A stretch of 63,646 bases of DNA, counting the filler, from Octopus bimaculoides (lineage: Eukaryota): the NCBI RefSeq assembly GCF_001194135.2. It is 3 parts of 3 records of this genome, joined end to end, with 100 filler letters (N's around TTAATTAATTAA, not from the genome) between each part and the next. Parts side by side here need not be neighbours in the genome. Positions count along the whole stretch, not along the records: positions 1 to 18,569 come from NC_068989.1; positions 18,670 to 39,193 come from NC_068987.1; 1 more part is not named here. One strand, given 5' to 3'. This document shows, piece after piece, positions 13,121 to 26,731 of the stretch; position 1 is the stretch's first letter; each line of letters opens with the position of its first letter. Both the position numbers and the translations under genes were made by a program. The notes under the pieces were generated by a model that was given only the letters and a program-made list of their open reading frames with translations, made no database searches and had not been told where the DNA came from.

Positions 13121-14580
13121 TCTTCAGAAAGTTGTTATATAAATTAATGTCACTGCCGATATGAGCAAAAATGTGTGTGATGAAGATTAATAACATTGAT
13201 ATTAAATGTCTTGAAAATGGAAAAGGATGCAATAATTATCTTATCTAATTAAGAAATATTAGAATTCATTTTAATTTCAAAGTTCAGTTTCAGATCTACG
13301 ATGAAATACACGCTGCATTATCAAAAAATATATGTATACTCTATTCCAAAATGACAAACAATAAATGAATAAAGTTTTGCATCGGCTTTTCAAAAACTGT
13401 ATATCTAAAACCACATTATCTACTGTGTTACTTGATTTTAAAGGTTCGGGTGTCATTTTGAAAAGAAATTTGTTTGCTATTTATGACGTGTAAAGTGACT
13501 GGGTAAAAGCTCTTCAGTTGGTTAGGAAAGAAACATCTGGCCTTGTTATGCTGTCAGCAAAAGTTTGTGTATTTCTTGACAAGTAGAAAGAAAAAAATGT
13601 TTAAAGACAGGCTACTTGTCATTTGTCATAGAATGATAGTTATTATTCAATAGAAGATGGGAAACTGAAATTCATCAATAGATACGTCATGAAGGTCACG
13701 GATATGATAAAATATGAGCGGATGTATTTGTAGTAGTGTTTTAAAAAGAACCATTGTGAAGTTGAGATAAATTGACAATATGTTATATATATATATGCTA
13801 TTTGTAAGCTTTACATCTACCCAAAAACCTTTTCTAAACATCAAATCACAAGATGAAACATTTTCGATACTAACAACAACATGACATGTCAGAATAACAA
13901 ACCCTACCTTCTAGATAAAAGCGGCAAATACTCTAAATAGCAATAGCAAAGAGAAAAGAAATCGACCAGCTAAAACATATTACCTATTTACATTCTTATG
14001 TGAACGTCTAAAAAAATTTCCATTACAACAAGTTGACACACCCAATTACAAAGATTTTAAATACTAGACTTTGTCAAAGCAAAGGATTAAATCCAAAAAC
14101 TAGTGTCGCAACCTGTGCCTGCCTAACAAAATGAACTCACCTAAACATGCACACTTGCTTACATGAATAAATTCTATACAGTAACGTAACCCCAAATTTA
14201 ATCAATAAAAATTCCTCCAAAACACATTTCCATAACACCCGGCTATAAAAACCTAATTACCACTCCACCCAAACCTAATCCGCCATGTGAGATTTTAATT
14301 CGACAAAGACAAACCCAAGATTATATTCAATGAATCGCGATCTGACGATGGTTTAACTGGCCAATGCTTCGATATGACTGTCAATATTTTTGTTTAAGAA
14401 AAATAAATTTGTACTCTACAAAAGTCTAGGATAAACCAACAGATTTTATATATATGTATATATATGTGTATATATATCTATATATTTACATTAATACATG
14501 CTTATATATTTATATACATATACATATTTATATGCATATATATGTATATACATATGTATGTCTCTATATATCTTTATATA

Positions 14581-14664
<84 letters not shown>

Positions 14665-14714
14665 AAATTGTTTCAGCTTCAAAGCTGTGGGCATGCTGGG
14701 GCACCACCGTTATA

Positions 14715-15080
14715 TATTGTTATATTTCAGGATGGTCATTTTTGGGGGGCGGGGTAGCAAATAAACACGTGCTATATATTCGTTCTTCGCTCATTTATTA
14801 TTGTTCTTATTTTATCTTATGTTCATTGTCTGAAATCTTTTGCACGCATATGGGTTTTCTTCAGCTACCCTTTCTATCTGCGTGTGTCCTCCTGCTCCAC
14901 CTAGTCCAGAGAATAGACTGGGCGGAGCAGTAGGATACACGTGGATCGAAAGGGCCACCGAAGAAGTCACAGATGTGTGGCAAAAGATTTCCAGAAAGTA
15001 CAACAAAAAATGAAAAACGAATACATAGTGCATGTGTTTATTTGGCAAAAAAAAAAATGCCATTCCGAAATATAGCAATA
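14715..15080. mobile_element. About 365-bp palindromic element: two inverted copies of hammerhead-bearing family H2 around a GC-rich hairpin
   Basis: The outer ends TATTGTTATATTTCAGGATGGTCATTTT and AAATGCCATTCCGAAATATAGCAATA are inverted. Both arms share GCAAAAGATTTC and AACGAATA..GTGTTTATTTG. Central stem at 14876-14946 (about 31 bp, 9-nt loop). A single-copy homologue lies at 37725-37910. Confidence 0.75.
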
Positions 15081-15140
15081 CCTGTTTCATCACACGGTTT
15101 CACATCAGGAACTTTACGAAACAAATTCATAAACGTGATA

Positions 15141-15172
<32 letters not shown>

Positions 15173-16586
15173 NNNNNNNNNNNNNNNNNNNNNNNNNNNN
15201 NNNNNNNNNNNNNNNNNNNNNNNNNNNNNNNNNNNNNNNNNNNNNNNNNNNNNNNNNNNNNNNNNNNNNNNNNNNNNNNNNNNNNNNNNNNNNNNNNNNN
15301 NNNNNNNNNNNNNNNNNNNNNNNNNNNNNNNNNNNNNNNNNNNNNNNNNNNNNNNNNNNNNNNNNNNNNNNNNNNNNNNNNNNNNNNNNNNNNNNNNNNN
15401 NNNNNNNNNNNNNNNNNNNNNNNNNNNNNNNNNNNNNNNNNNNNNNNNNNNNNNNNNNNNNNNNNNNNNNNNNNNNNNNNNNNNNNNNNNNNNNNNNNNN
15501 NNNNNNNNNNNNNNNNNNNNNNNNNNNNNNNNNNNNNNNNNNNNNNNNNNNNNNNNNNNNNNNNNNNNNNNNNNNNNNNNNNNNNNNNNNNNNNNNNNNN
15601 NNNNNNNNNNNNNATATATATATATATATATATAGTAAGAGGCGAGATATAATATCCAAGCAGATACCGAATTTCCCTGAGTAATATGCCAAAGCTTGTT
15701 CCCTCAGATGGTTTGTTTTTGGGTAAACTTCCTTTAGGTGCCATTCGTCGTTGTTACAGTTTATTCTTTGGCTACTTAGAATGTAAAGTACAATACTGAT
15801 AATAAGGAGAATGAAGAATTTGAACATTCAAACTTTGTGTTTATTTCCAGTTAGTTTATTCATAATAATTGTCCGACATATGTTTCAATCGTACTAACTA
15901 CATATTGTTGCCTATTTATATGCAGTGATTTATGCACTATAAGCACGATCTCCTTATGGCATATATGAATCTGAATTAGGCTTGGTAGTATATATATATA
16001 AGAATAAATGTACGATACGAACCTTTTCCTATGAAGTTTTTGTATCGAGTGTGTAAGAGCTTTTGCTTATAATCTGTTTAGATGAAGTTTGTTTTAGTTG
16101 TGATGTTGATTATTTCCGCTTTAGTGTCGGTTTGAGAACTTTTGTAAAATATTACTCCATTAACTTTCGTAGTTGCTTATTGTCTTCCTTTAGTTTGAAA
16201 ACGGAAATATTTTGGATTTTCCATTATCACAAATATCTAGATGCTTACTACCTGGTACATTTCTAAGAGGTTAAATCTTAAGTTGTTGTTTACGAACTCT
16301 GACACGGCAAATTGATTTTAATTCAGCTTGGTGATGTAACTTTCATTGCATTGTGGGCATGTGATGCAGTAGAAGAGATCTTTCATTCTCATTTCATGTT
16401 TGCATTAACTTACATTTCCTGCCCATTCTTCAATCTTTTGGTTGTTCCCAGTTCAATTATTCCACACGTCTCACAGATGGATAGATAGATAACTGTATAC
16501 ATATGCATATCTATTTATATTACTCTGTCTACTAAATTTGTCTGTCTACTGATCTGTCTACCTGTCTGTCTGTCTATCTCTGATTT

Positions 16587-16624
<38 letters not shown>

Positions 16625-16625
16625 C

Positions 16626-16858
16626 TCTCTCTCTTTTACTCTTTTACTTGTTTCAGTCATTTGACTGTGGCCATGTTGAGCACCGCCTTTAGTCGAGCAA
16701 ATCGACTCCAGGACTTATTCTTTGGAAGCCTAGTACTTATTCTATCGGTCTCTATCGGCGACACTAAGTTACGGGGACGTAAACACACCAGCATCGGTTG
16801 TCAAGCGATGGTGGGGGGACAAACACAGACACACAAACACACATACATACATAAGATC
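16626..16858 (-). mobile_element. SINE family 1, 3' half (remainder in N-gap)
   Basis: Nearly identical to 3633-3860. Confidence 0.9.
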
Positions 16859-17144
16859 NNNNNNNNNNNNNNNNNNNNNNNNNNNNNNNNNNNNNNNNNN
16901 NNNNNNNNNNNNNNNNNNNNNNNNNNNNNNNNNNNNNNNNNNNNNNNNNNNNNNNNNNNNNNNNNNNNNNNNNNNNNNNNNNNNNNNNNNNNNNNNNNNN
17001 NNNNNNNNNNNNNNNNNNNNNNNNNNNNNNNNNNNNNNNNNNNNNNNNNNNNNNNNNNNNNNNNNNNNNNNNNNNNNNNNNNNNNNNNNNNNNNNNNNNN
17101 NNNNNNNNNNNNNNNNNNNNNNNNNNNNNNNNNNNNNNNNNNNN

Positions 17145-17176
<32 letters not shown>

Positions 17177-17363
17177 TCAAATTACGATAAACGTAAACAA
17201 ACAAACGAAGTTTGCTTTTAGAAGTGTTGAGATGTCTTAGAAAGTTAAAGAAGTGATTTTAAGTTCTCAATCACAGAATAATGCTAATAATATAGCCTGA
17301 ACAGGATAAACTACCGCTATTTTGCAGAAAAAGTGTAGGCGGTCAACGCATATGTATATAAAG

Positions 17364-17640
17364 TTTTTTTACCACTGTAACATGGCAATTCTAAAAAGAA
17401 CTATGCTACTACATTTTAACCCCAGGAAAACATATTTTCCTACTGGTTAACAACACACAACCTGTGTCCGATATAGTGTGATTAAGAGAGCGAATCATTC
17501 CTCTCCGGCTTGGGAAGACCAGTAGATCAACATATCGAACATAGAGTGTGTGTCATTAACCAGCTGGAAAATACGTTTTCCTGGTGCTAAAATGTAGTAA
17601 CAGTTCTTTATAGAACATCCATGTTATAGTGGCAAAAAAA
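17364..17640. mobile_element. Fold-back or MITE-like element with about 110-bp inverted arms
   Basis: Left arm 17364-17474 (TTTTTTTACCACTGTAACATGG...CCGATAT) is the reverse complement of right arm 17532-17640 at roughly 80% identity by eye; 57-nt spacer. Confidence 0.75.
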
Positions 17641-17753
17641 TGTAACTGTCTAGTATTGTTACTACTTGTATCTCATTTAGAGATTTTAGACCTAGCTATT
17701 TTGTTCATATGTGTGTGTGTGTATGTATGTATGTATGTATGTATGTATGTATG

Positions 17754-17808
<55 letters not shown>

Positions 17809-17959
17809 AAGAATAATGGAGATGGAGACAAACGTTCAAGATGTTATTTAAATCATTTATATCACATCACCAACAAATGTTTCGATAGATGCATTAAAAT
17901 AAATCCGAGAGGAAGAATAATTTGGAAAATACATCAATCTCATCAGAGAGGATGTAAAC

Positions 17960-18250
17960 GCACATCATATCGGAATTGGATTCTCTAACAGCAATAAACT
18001 CCTGCATATTATATCCTTCGATAACAACTATATTCTTAAAGGTAAAAGGGTTTCACTTCTAAACTATAAAAACCATAATAATAATAATGATAATTTCTCT
18101 TTAAATAATAGTATCAAAGGCAATATTGCTTGTAATTGTGGTACGAATAAAACTTACGTTCTTAACGGAAATTGCAGAATTAAAAACGTAATTTATCACT
18201 GTAAAATTTCTGCAGGAGCTAAAGAATATTTTTATATTGGCATTTCATGA
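17960..18250 (+). mobile_element. Penelope-like linker and GIY-YIG N-terminal fragment
   Basis: IGIGFSNSNKLLHIIS (cf. IRVGYSTTRNVSNIIS in the 8905 element), then CNCGTNKTYVLNGNCRIKNVIYHCKISAGAKEYFYIGIS* at 18131-18250. Confidence 0.85.
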
Positions 18251-18469
18251 ACGTCCCATAGAAGTCCTCCAAAGTGTCTTACTTCAGCCTGAAATAAAAA
18301 TGTTGGAAGATCAGCTTATTAATTAGATAGGAATGATATAATAAAATTACAAAAATTTGGGTTAGTTAGAACTGCCTCTCCTGAAATAGTATGCACCTCG
18401 TGTATATATACGTCTACACACACACACACACACACACGCACACACACACACACACGCACACACACACAT

Positions 18470-18511
<42 letters not shown>

Positions 18512-18669
18512 TATTAGTAAGGGTAAAAATTAATATTAATCAATTAAAACCAGTGGTCTAGCATATTAANNNNNNNNNNNNNNNNNNNNNNNNNNNNNNN
18601 NNNNNNNNNNNNNTTAATTAATTAANNNNNNNNNNNNNNNNNNNNNNNNNNNNNNNNNNNNNNNNNNNN

Positions 18670-18737
18670 GCTCGGTAGTGAAGTGAAAGCACGTTATAAA
18701 AATAAAACTACTGAATAATAATAATAATAATAATAAT
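18670..18737 (+). mobile_element. 3' end of an R4/Dong-like non-LTR element with (TAA)n tail
   Basis: 18670-18715 is identical (46 bp) to the reverse complement of 57911-57956, the 3' UTR of the copy that retains the coding C-terminus. Confidence 0.7.
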
Positions 18738-18849
18738 AATGGTACCCTAGGCATAACACCTACATGAACTTCTAACTTGTTGTCTCTTGAGGTCTCTGGG
18801 TGAGACTTGGATCCAACTTGTACAAATGCAAAACAAAAGTCAAACATAA

Positions 18850-18933
<84 letters not shown>

Positions 18934-18952
18934 AAGAAGAAGAAGAAGAAGA
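18850..18952. repeat. Compound (TAA)n(GAA)n microsatellite
   Basis: Direct reading of the sequence. Confidence 0.95.
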
Positions 18953-20804
18953 ATACCGAAGCGAATGGCTAAGTGCATGGACATGTGACAACAAGTTGCC
19001 AGGAAGGTAGATCGAATCTGAAACCATCACGAAGCAGGAATTAAGAATCCGCAAAACCAATGAAAGAAAACAATGTTCTATGTAAATAGCTTCCCCCAGA
19101 TGCGCCGCCACAGCTACATGTGCGTAAATATGTAGACACATGGAATGCGATATTTCTATACCAAAACTGCTAACTTTTGAGTAAAATTTCAAATTTTAAT
19201 ACAATTAAACCTTGGGAGAGGCATTATGCCAGTAATAAACACACGCACTGGTTCAGTCCTTTATTAATTTATTAATTTATATAGTTTTTTCTTAAATTGT
19301 TTCATTGCACTCTTGCAATCTCTTCAGTAACTTGCCTCTCCACTTCCATTAATTTTAATTACATATACAACCCTAGTGATACAAGACTTCTCTCTCTATA
19401 TATAAATATATACATATTCTCGGTATCTCGGTATCTCGCTTGTACATCAATAATAATTATAAATACGAAAAAATATCAACACATGTCCAAGGGTGGACGT
19501 GGTCGAGCCAGAGTATAGTAAGAGACCCATAAGGAAGATGCCACGCAATAAGACTAAACCCGAGACTGCCTAGAAAGCGAGCCCCATATCTGCGTCTGAA
19601 TACATAATATATCTCAACAGAAACAAGGGTGAATGCTTCGTTCATATCAGGTCCACCGAATCAGGGCCGACAGCTGCAACAGCTACAATACCAACAACTA
19701 CGACACACGTTGAGCACTTATCACAAGGGGATAAATAGTGAGATGAATGATGTTTCACCGAAGGCCAATAAATAAATACGAAATATTGACCACAATAAGA
19801 ATATATTGGCATTGATAAACAGTAAAAAATATCCCAATGTATGGAAAAAAAAATATCACGGAAATACCGCCTACATACACACAAGTATTGCAATAAATTA
19901 TTTCGAAATGAACAAACACGCAAAACAGTTCATTAAATAACCTAATTTAAACAGCATCCATGGAAGAATCAAAAGAAATCTCGTTCGACACTAACGCAAT
20001 AAATTGCCAACCAGATCAAAACCTGCATAAGGAAAGAAAAACAAACATTCACAGCAAAGATTTCATACAATATACAGCCACAAAATCCTGCGAATTATAT
20101 ATATATATATNNNNNNNNNNNNNNNNNNNNNNNNNNNNNNNNNNNNNNNNNNNNNNNNNNNNNNNNNNNNNNNNNNNNNNNNNNNNNNNNNNNNNNNNNN
20201 NNNNNNNNNNNNNNNNNNNNNNNNNNNNNNNNNNNNNNNNNNNNNNNNNNNNNNNNNNNNNNNNNNNNNNNNNNNNNNNNNNNNNNNNNNNNNNNNNNNN
20301 NNNNNNNNNNNNNNNNNNNNNNNNNNNNNNNNNNNNNNNNNNNNNNNNNNNNNNNNNNNNNNNNNNNNNNNNNNNNNNNNNNNNNNNNNNNNNNNNNNNN
20401 NNNNNNNNNNNNNNNNNNNNNNNNNNNNNNNNNNNNNNNNNNNNNNNNNNNNNNNNNNNNNNNNNNNNNNNNNNNNNNNNNNNNNNNNNNNNNNNNNNNN
20501 NNNNNNNNNNNNNNNNNNNNNNNNNNNNNNNNNNNNNNAAAACGCTTTGAAAACGTGAGAATATCTTCCATCAGAATCACGTATTTGAAAGAAAATAGTG
20601 AAAAATTCAATAGTGACTTCAGTGCAAAGAAACATCGTAAAGGAAATACACCAACTCCATACAAAAATCCAATTATACAAGGAGAGTATATCGAATGAAA
20701 ATATATGACACTGTAAAAGATGCTCAATAGAAAAGAAACAAGTGAACAGTATACATATGTGTGTATGTACATACATATGCAAATATCTGTCTGTCTATCT
20801 ATCA

Positions 20805-20863
<59 letters not shown>

Positions 20864-20932
20864 GATCGATCTATCTATCTATCTATTGTGTGTATCTGTG
20901 TGCATGTATGCATCCATTTATGTAATATGTAT

Positions 20933-20969
<37 letters not shown>

Positions 20970-21729
20970 CAGAAAGAGAGAAAGAGAGAAAGAGAGAAAT
21001 GGAGAGAGTGGGTGAGAGTGAGTGAGAGAGAGAGCGCGGGACAGAGAGAGAGAAGATACGTGATTCTGCATATGAAGTAGAGTATTTAGCGATACATCAA
21101 CACCAAACTCAAATAGCATCTGTCAGGACATCGGGATAACAGAATTGATAATGGCCTGTCCTGAAATTCTAAATACTTAATAGGTATTACATCTCAATAT
21201 CGTGCACTTTACTCGTTAGAAGAACCAACCACATATTCTTCAAATAACCCCAGCGTTGCTAAAACAACGAGTGATATGTTAAAGGAGGTAATCAAAGAAA
21301 AGGCACCCTGGTTTACTGGTTAGGGTATTAGACTCCCGATCGACGTCCACGTAGTCCACTAATGTAGAAAATACGATTTGCACCTGTAATTTGATGGGCC
21401 AGCCTTCTCCCATTCGGTGTGATACGCTGAATATCCCTGAGAAGTATGTTAAGAGTAGGCTTATTTCACAAGCAGGTTAATCGATCCATGATATCAACCG
21501 GAACCTTTGCCTTGGTACCCAACTGAAATTCAGGCTAAGTTATCTGAGAAAAATAAAAAAATTAAAGAATACAAAATGGGATGAGAACGCCTAAAATGTA
21601 TTCGTCCATAAGTCACTGTCGTGATGAATGCAATGAGGTTAATCTACAAGATGAGCATATGGATATATATTATTCAATGTTTTACTGTTAATAACATGCA
21701 AATTAGGCATTCGAAGGTGTGCAAAGCGT

Positions 21730-21945
21730 TCCTTCAATTACCATGAAAGAAATGACGAGGCGGTGCAGAGAAGTCCCTTGCTTTAAGGGCACAGCGAAGG
21801 GCCTGACTGAAGTTCCAAGCTTCCGAGTACTTTTGCTGGGCCCAGAAAAACTGAAGGACTGTTGCATTAAGTGTGTGAATCTGCGAGGGAAATATGCTGA
21901 TTAAAATCGTAATGACCTGATTCTCCCGTATTGTCTTTTATATAT
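21730..21945 (+). mobile_element. Mariner transposase C-terminal fragment
   Basis: ...TAKGLTEVP...EKLKDCCIKCVNLRGKYAD* resembles the mariner C-terminal consensus W.KC(V/I).L.G.YVE*. Confidence 0.5.
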
Positions 21946-21990
21946 ACGTAGGTAAGTAGGTGTGGGTACTTATGTTGGCATGTATGTACG

Positions 21991-22042
<52 letters not shown>

Positions 22043-22043
22043 C

Positions 22044-22085
<42 letters not shown>

Positions 22086-22222
22086 ACATACATATACATA
22101 TATGTGTCTATCTATTTATCTATCGCTCTGTCTCCATACACACATGCATATAGACAGACAGATGAAGTATGAGCTAACTGAAATTTAAAAGCATCTATGA
22201 AAATTATTCTTGAAAGATTATG

Positions 22223-22260
<38 letters not shown>

Positions 22261-22577
22261 CATCCCAAAGAAGATGATGTTACGGTTGATTTTAGTGTCA
22301 GGAAGACATCTCCTCCAGGTGTCTAACGAAACGCTTAGTATTTGCGAGGGTGTCCGATTAGTATTGGCGGGTGAGCCCATTGCTCCCATCTCTAGCCTTA
22401 CTTGATACACATAGACCCGGGTTTCTGGTTAGTTACCCTTCTTCTGTGAGTGATAATCTCCAACTAGTCATGAAAATTCATTCCACTCGCAAATTACTAT
22501 ATGCTTTTTCCAGCGACAAACTGTCGCTGATCTCGGAATAGGAGAAATAAATTATAATAAATCTCTGAGTGAGAAGT

Positions 22578-22905
22578 TGTATTGGCGTGATTGTGTGGTT
22601 TGAAGCTTGCTGCCCAACCACATGGTCCCGAATTCCGCCCCATTGCGTGGCACCGTGTATATATCAGTGTGTGTGTCTTCGTACCTGTGTTTGCCCACGT
22701 CCCTCCCATCAGTGTTTGACAACCGGTGTTGGTTTATTTACGTCACTGTAACTTAATGTTTCGTCGAAAGAGGGAGATAAACTAAATACTTGGCTTAAAA
22801 TGAAATAAGACCCGGGTTCGATTTGTTTGACTAAAACACTTCAAGGCTGTGTTCCAATATGGTCGCAAACAAAAGACTGAAACAATTTGAAGAATAAAAG
22901 AATAT
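22578..22905 (+). mobile_element. SINE family 1 copy lacking the central domain
   Basis: The head (to GCGTGGCACC) joins directly to the microsatellite and tail; the TGAGTGGATTTGG..GAAACTG block is absent. Confidence 0.75.
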
Positions 22906-22943
22906 TACCTACATATTCTCCATTCCCTAAATGTTGACATTAC

Positions 22944-23560
22944 ATGTACGTGTGTGTGTGTTTGTGTGTGTGTTTGTGTGTGTGTAACTGTGTGTGTGTA
23001 TGCGTTTGTGTTCTCGTGTTTGCATATAAACATGCGTATGTGAATGTGGGTATATATGTGTGCAAATGTGGGCCTACGCACGTGTGTGTGTGTCTTCCTG
23101 TGTCTGTATGTGGGTACGTGTGCGTTTGTGTTCGCGTGTTCGTAAATAAATATGCGTATGTGAAAGTGTGTACATATGTTTATGAACGTGTGTCTACGTG
23201 TGTATATGTGTGTGTGTATGCCTGCGTATGTGTGTATGTGTGTGTGCGTGTGTGTTAACGTGTTTGTATATACATACGCGTGTGTGAATGGGTGTCTACG
23301 CGCGTATATGTGTGTGTCTGTGTCTATGTCTGTGCGTTTATGCTCGCGTAATTGCATATAAATATGCGTGTGAATGTATTCATATATGTGTGTGAATCTA
23401 CGTCTACGCGCGTGCGTGTGTGTATGTGTGTTTGTGTGTGTCTGTGTCTGTGAGTGCGCGTTTGTGTTAGCGTGTTTATATATCAATATACCTGTGTCAA
23501 TGCGTGTATATATGTGTTTGAATGTGTGTCTTTGCGAGCGCGTGTGCGTATGTGTGCATC
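22944..23560. repeat. Degenerate (GT)-rich low-complexity tract
   Basis: About 600 bp of imperfect GTGT/GTAT/GCGT repeats. Confidence 0.9.
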
Positions 23561-24394
23561 TATGTCACTACGCTTCCTAAAATGTAGAACTTTCTTTTTC
23601 TAGTGCGTGGGTAAAAACTCAACTTATTGAAGTATATATTAATACTTATATTGTAAAACTGTTACGTGAAAAATATTTCTTACGTGAAATTTAATTTTTG
23701 CATTGTTACATTTATGTATGTATATATATATTATATGGATATATATATATGGATAGATAGATAGATANNNNNNNNNNNNNNNNNNNNNNNNNNNNNNNNN
23801 NNNNNNNNNNNNNNNNNNNNNNNNNNNNNNNNNNNNNNNNNNNNNNNNNNNNNNNNNNNNNNNNNNNNNNNNNNNNNNNNNNNNNNNNNNNNNNNNNNNN
23901 NNNNNNNNNNNNNNNNNNNNNNNNNNNNNNNNNNNNNNNNNNNNNNNNNNNNNNNNNNNNNNNNNNNNNNNNNNNNNNNNNNNNNNNNNNNNNNNNNNNN
24001 NNNNNNNNNNNNNNNNNNNNNNNNNNNNNNNNNNNNNNNNNNNNNNNNNNNNNNNNNNNNNNNNNNNNNNNNNNNNNNNNNNNNNNNNNNNNNNNNNNNN
24101 NNNNNNNNNNNNNNNNNNNNNNNNNNNNNNNNNNNNNNNNNNNTATATATATTATATGGATATATATATATGGATAGATAGATAGATACATAGGTAGATA
24201 GATAGATAGATGGAAAAATAGGTAGATAAATATAGATATAGATATAGATATACACACACACACACACTTATATATACACATTCACACATACATGCATGTG
24301 CATTTATACATGGGAAATGGTGTGCTAGAAAGTTCATATATGCCGTGCGTGCATGTATTTCATCTTTGTGTGTGCGCATGAACGTGCGCACGCA

Positions 24395-24431
<37 letters not shown>

Positions 24432-24997
24432 TGATACTCATACACATAGAGACATATTTTCGTGTATGTATACACGCTCAGAATGTCATTCATCCTTTCA
24501 AAACATGTACTAAACAATTTCGTGTATAGCAATATGGAATATTTTTTAGCTGTCGTGTTGTCAATCTCTCTCCGTAATTTGTATATAAAGTGTGTTTTCC
24601 ATTCACTCTCCTCTTACATATGTTTCTATGGCCGTACGTGGGCGCGCCAGTATTTAATGGTATAACAAGGAAAGAAGGATTACACAAACAAATTCTATCT
24701 CATAGATTTGATTATGTAATTCCTGTTCCCTTATCATTCCATTAATTTCATATTACACTCTGTTATAACTTAGCACTATATTTTGATGCATTTGCATTTT
24801 GTGTTTCAACAACAGGTTTTTTACTATCACCGTGGCTAATCAAAATCATATGTACATACACAGATAATAAACAGACGGACAGTTAGATAAACACATAGGT
24901 TGGTAGACAGATAAATAGATTGATAGATAGATAGACAGATAGATACATGGACAAATACATAGATTGATACTGAATCATTTATATATATATTATGGAT

Positions 24998-25047
<50 letters not shown>

Positions 25048-25192
25048 TAGATGAGTACAAGACGTCACAAAAGGTAGACAACAAGAAATACGAAAACAAC
25101 ATGAAATACGAAGTACGAAAACATGGAATACGAACATTTCTATGTGAACACACACACACACACACACATATGTATATGTACACATACACACG

Positions 25193-25247
<55 letters not shown>

Positions 25248-26299
25248 ACAACAAATGTAGCGAAAAGTGCTTTACAGTAGAATCCAGATGGATATGGAAA
25301 GAGATCTAGGCCTACGAACTTGTGGCGTAGAACAACACAAACGGAACTAGAGAAATAGGAACATTCGTGGCAGAGTATAAGTACAGAAGCGAAACATTAT
25401 GCGACATGGAATTCAATTATAAGTGGCCTATACTCCGCGCTGGAGGGTTAAATGCCAGAATGAACATATATATATATAATTGGCCTAAAATATAATTGGC
25501 CTTAAATATAATTGGCCTTCCTGTGCAGGTGAAGCGGGTGCTTTCAGCCATGCCGTTTAGATAGTTATCAATGTAATTACAACCAGGTGGACTGGGAAGC
25601 CACAAATTGGGATCTCCTACAGCAATGTCTGTCTTTTCGGAAGTATGGAAGGGCGGCGACTCCTGCGGGTACACGTATGGCTTTCCAGCTTTAACCCTCT
25701 TTCTGTTGACAGGCCGCTAATATTACTAATATTTTAAACAATTACTGTATGTAAATTAGTAAGGCCAATTTCATAAAGCTAGTGGATTTGTTGAGTATAT
25801 AAAACGATTCGCTACTTGTTTCTCTCGGATTGCTCAATTTAATGTAGACAGCTCTGATAAGATTTCAATCATGTCCGAAAAAATGATTAGGGTTGCTCAT
25901 CATTTTATTTTCATCTATTGAGATATACGTAAATTAGGATTGACACACGCGTAGATATGAATGGATTATCAGAGAAAGAGAATATTTATAACATCTTGCA
26001 AGCATATAAGCAGTTACAACACTTATTGAAATCATCGTACATCACACCGAGTGCTATTTATCTGTACCTGCACGCGCACGCGAGGTCAAGCTAAACATTG
26101 TAACTTATGTTGAAAAATCCTCTATGGTCAAATTACGAGGGGCAGAATTCTCCTGTTCAAGCTGGATATATCGAGGATATTCCATGAAACAATCGGTTAA
26201 ACAACCATTGGCTTCAACGAAATACAAGACTCAGGGAGGTAAACAAAAAAAGAAAAAAATAAGGATTATAGATGAAGGCGATGGTGGTGTAGGTAAATA

Positions 26300-26560
26300 A
26301 ATCAAAACTGTGGCAGGCGCTGGAGTTCGTTCTTGCGTAGTTTACGAGTTTGCTTGAAAGAGTCGAGGCGGTGGTTAAGGAAGAAGACACTGTGGTAGAT
26401 GTGGAGAGAAAGTGACGAATGGTGCATAGTGGAGAGGTAAGTTGGAGCGATAGAAAAAGAGAAGAATAGGAAGGTGTTTGGGAGTGGACCAGGTGAGCGG
26501 AATGAGAGAGATGGTGCCAAGTTGGTGTGCTCTGTGTTGGGTAGGGACGACGGATGAAGA
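26300..26560 (-). mobile_element. Possible highly decayed Penelope GIY-YIG C-terminus
   Basis: Minus strand CATCTCTCTCATTCCGCTCACCTGGTCCACTCC resembles ISxHFRSPGHS with indels; downstream RKLRKNEL. Weak. Confidence 0.3.
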
Positions 26561-26693
26561 GACGGTCCATATATTGCGACTGGGTGTCAATGCATGTTCA
26601 TAAACGCATGCATACAAACACATATAGACACCCATATATGTACATACATATATATATATATATATGTATATATATACATATATACATATAAAC

Positions 26694-26731
<38 letters not shown>

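Noticed and set aside
14339-14385. CTGACGA-TGGTT..GGCCA hammerhead-like start
   Set aside because: GAAA is absent after the stem.
18570-18669. TTAATTAATTAA island centred in N-runs (18614-18625; again at 39238-39249)
   Set aside because: Both are 44 N + 12 bp + 44 N = 100 bp, and the 12-mer has stops in all six frames. This is an artificial scaffolding spacer, not biology.
19960-20698. Protein-like open frames on either side of a gap (MEESKEISF...; KRFENVRISS...)
   Set aside because: About 50-codon frames with no recognisable motif, separated by (TA)n and Ns; compatible with chance.
23715-24190. About 45-bp direct repeat on both sides of a gap
   Set aside because: Identical sequence abuts each side of the N-run; most likely an unmerged contig overlap.
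25417-25700. GC-richer island with an 85-aa minus-strand ORF and a 3 x 17-bp repeat
   Set aside because: No recognisable domain or splice pattern; left unassigned.
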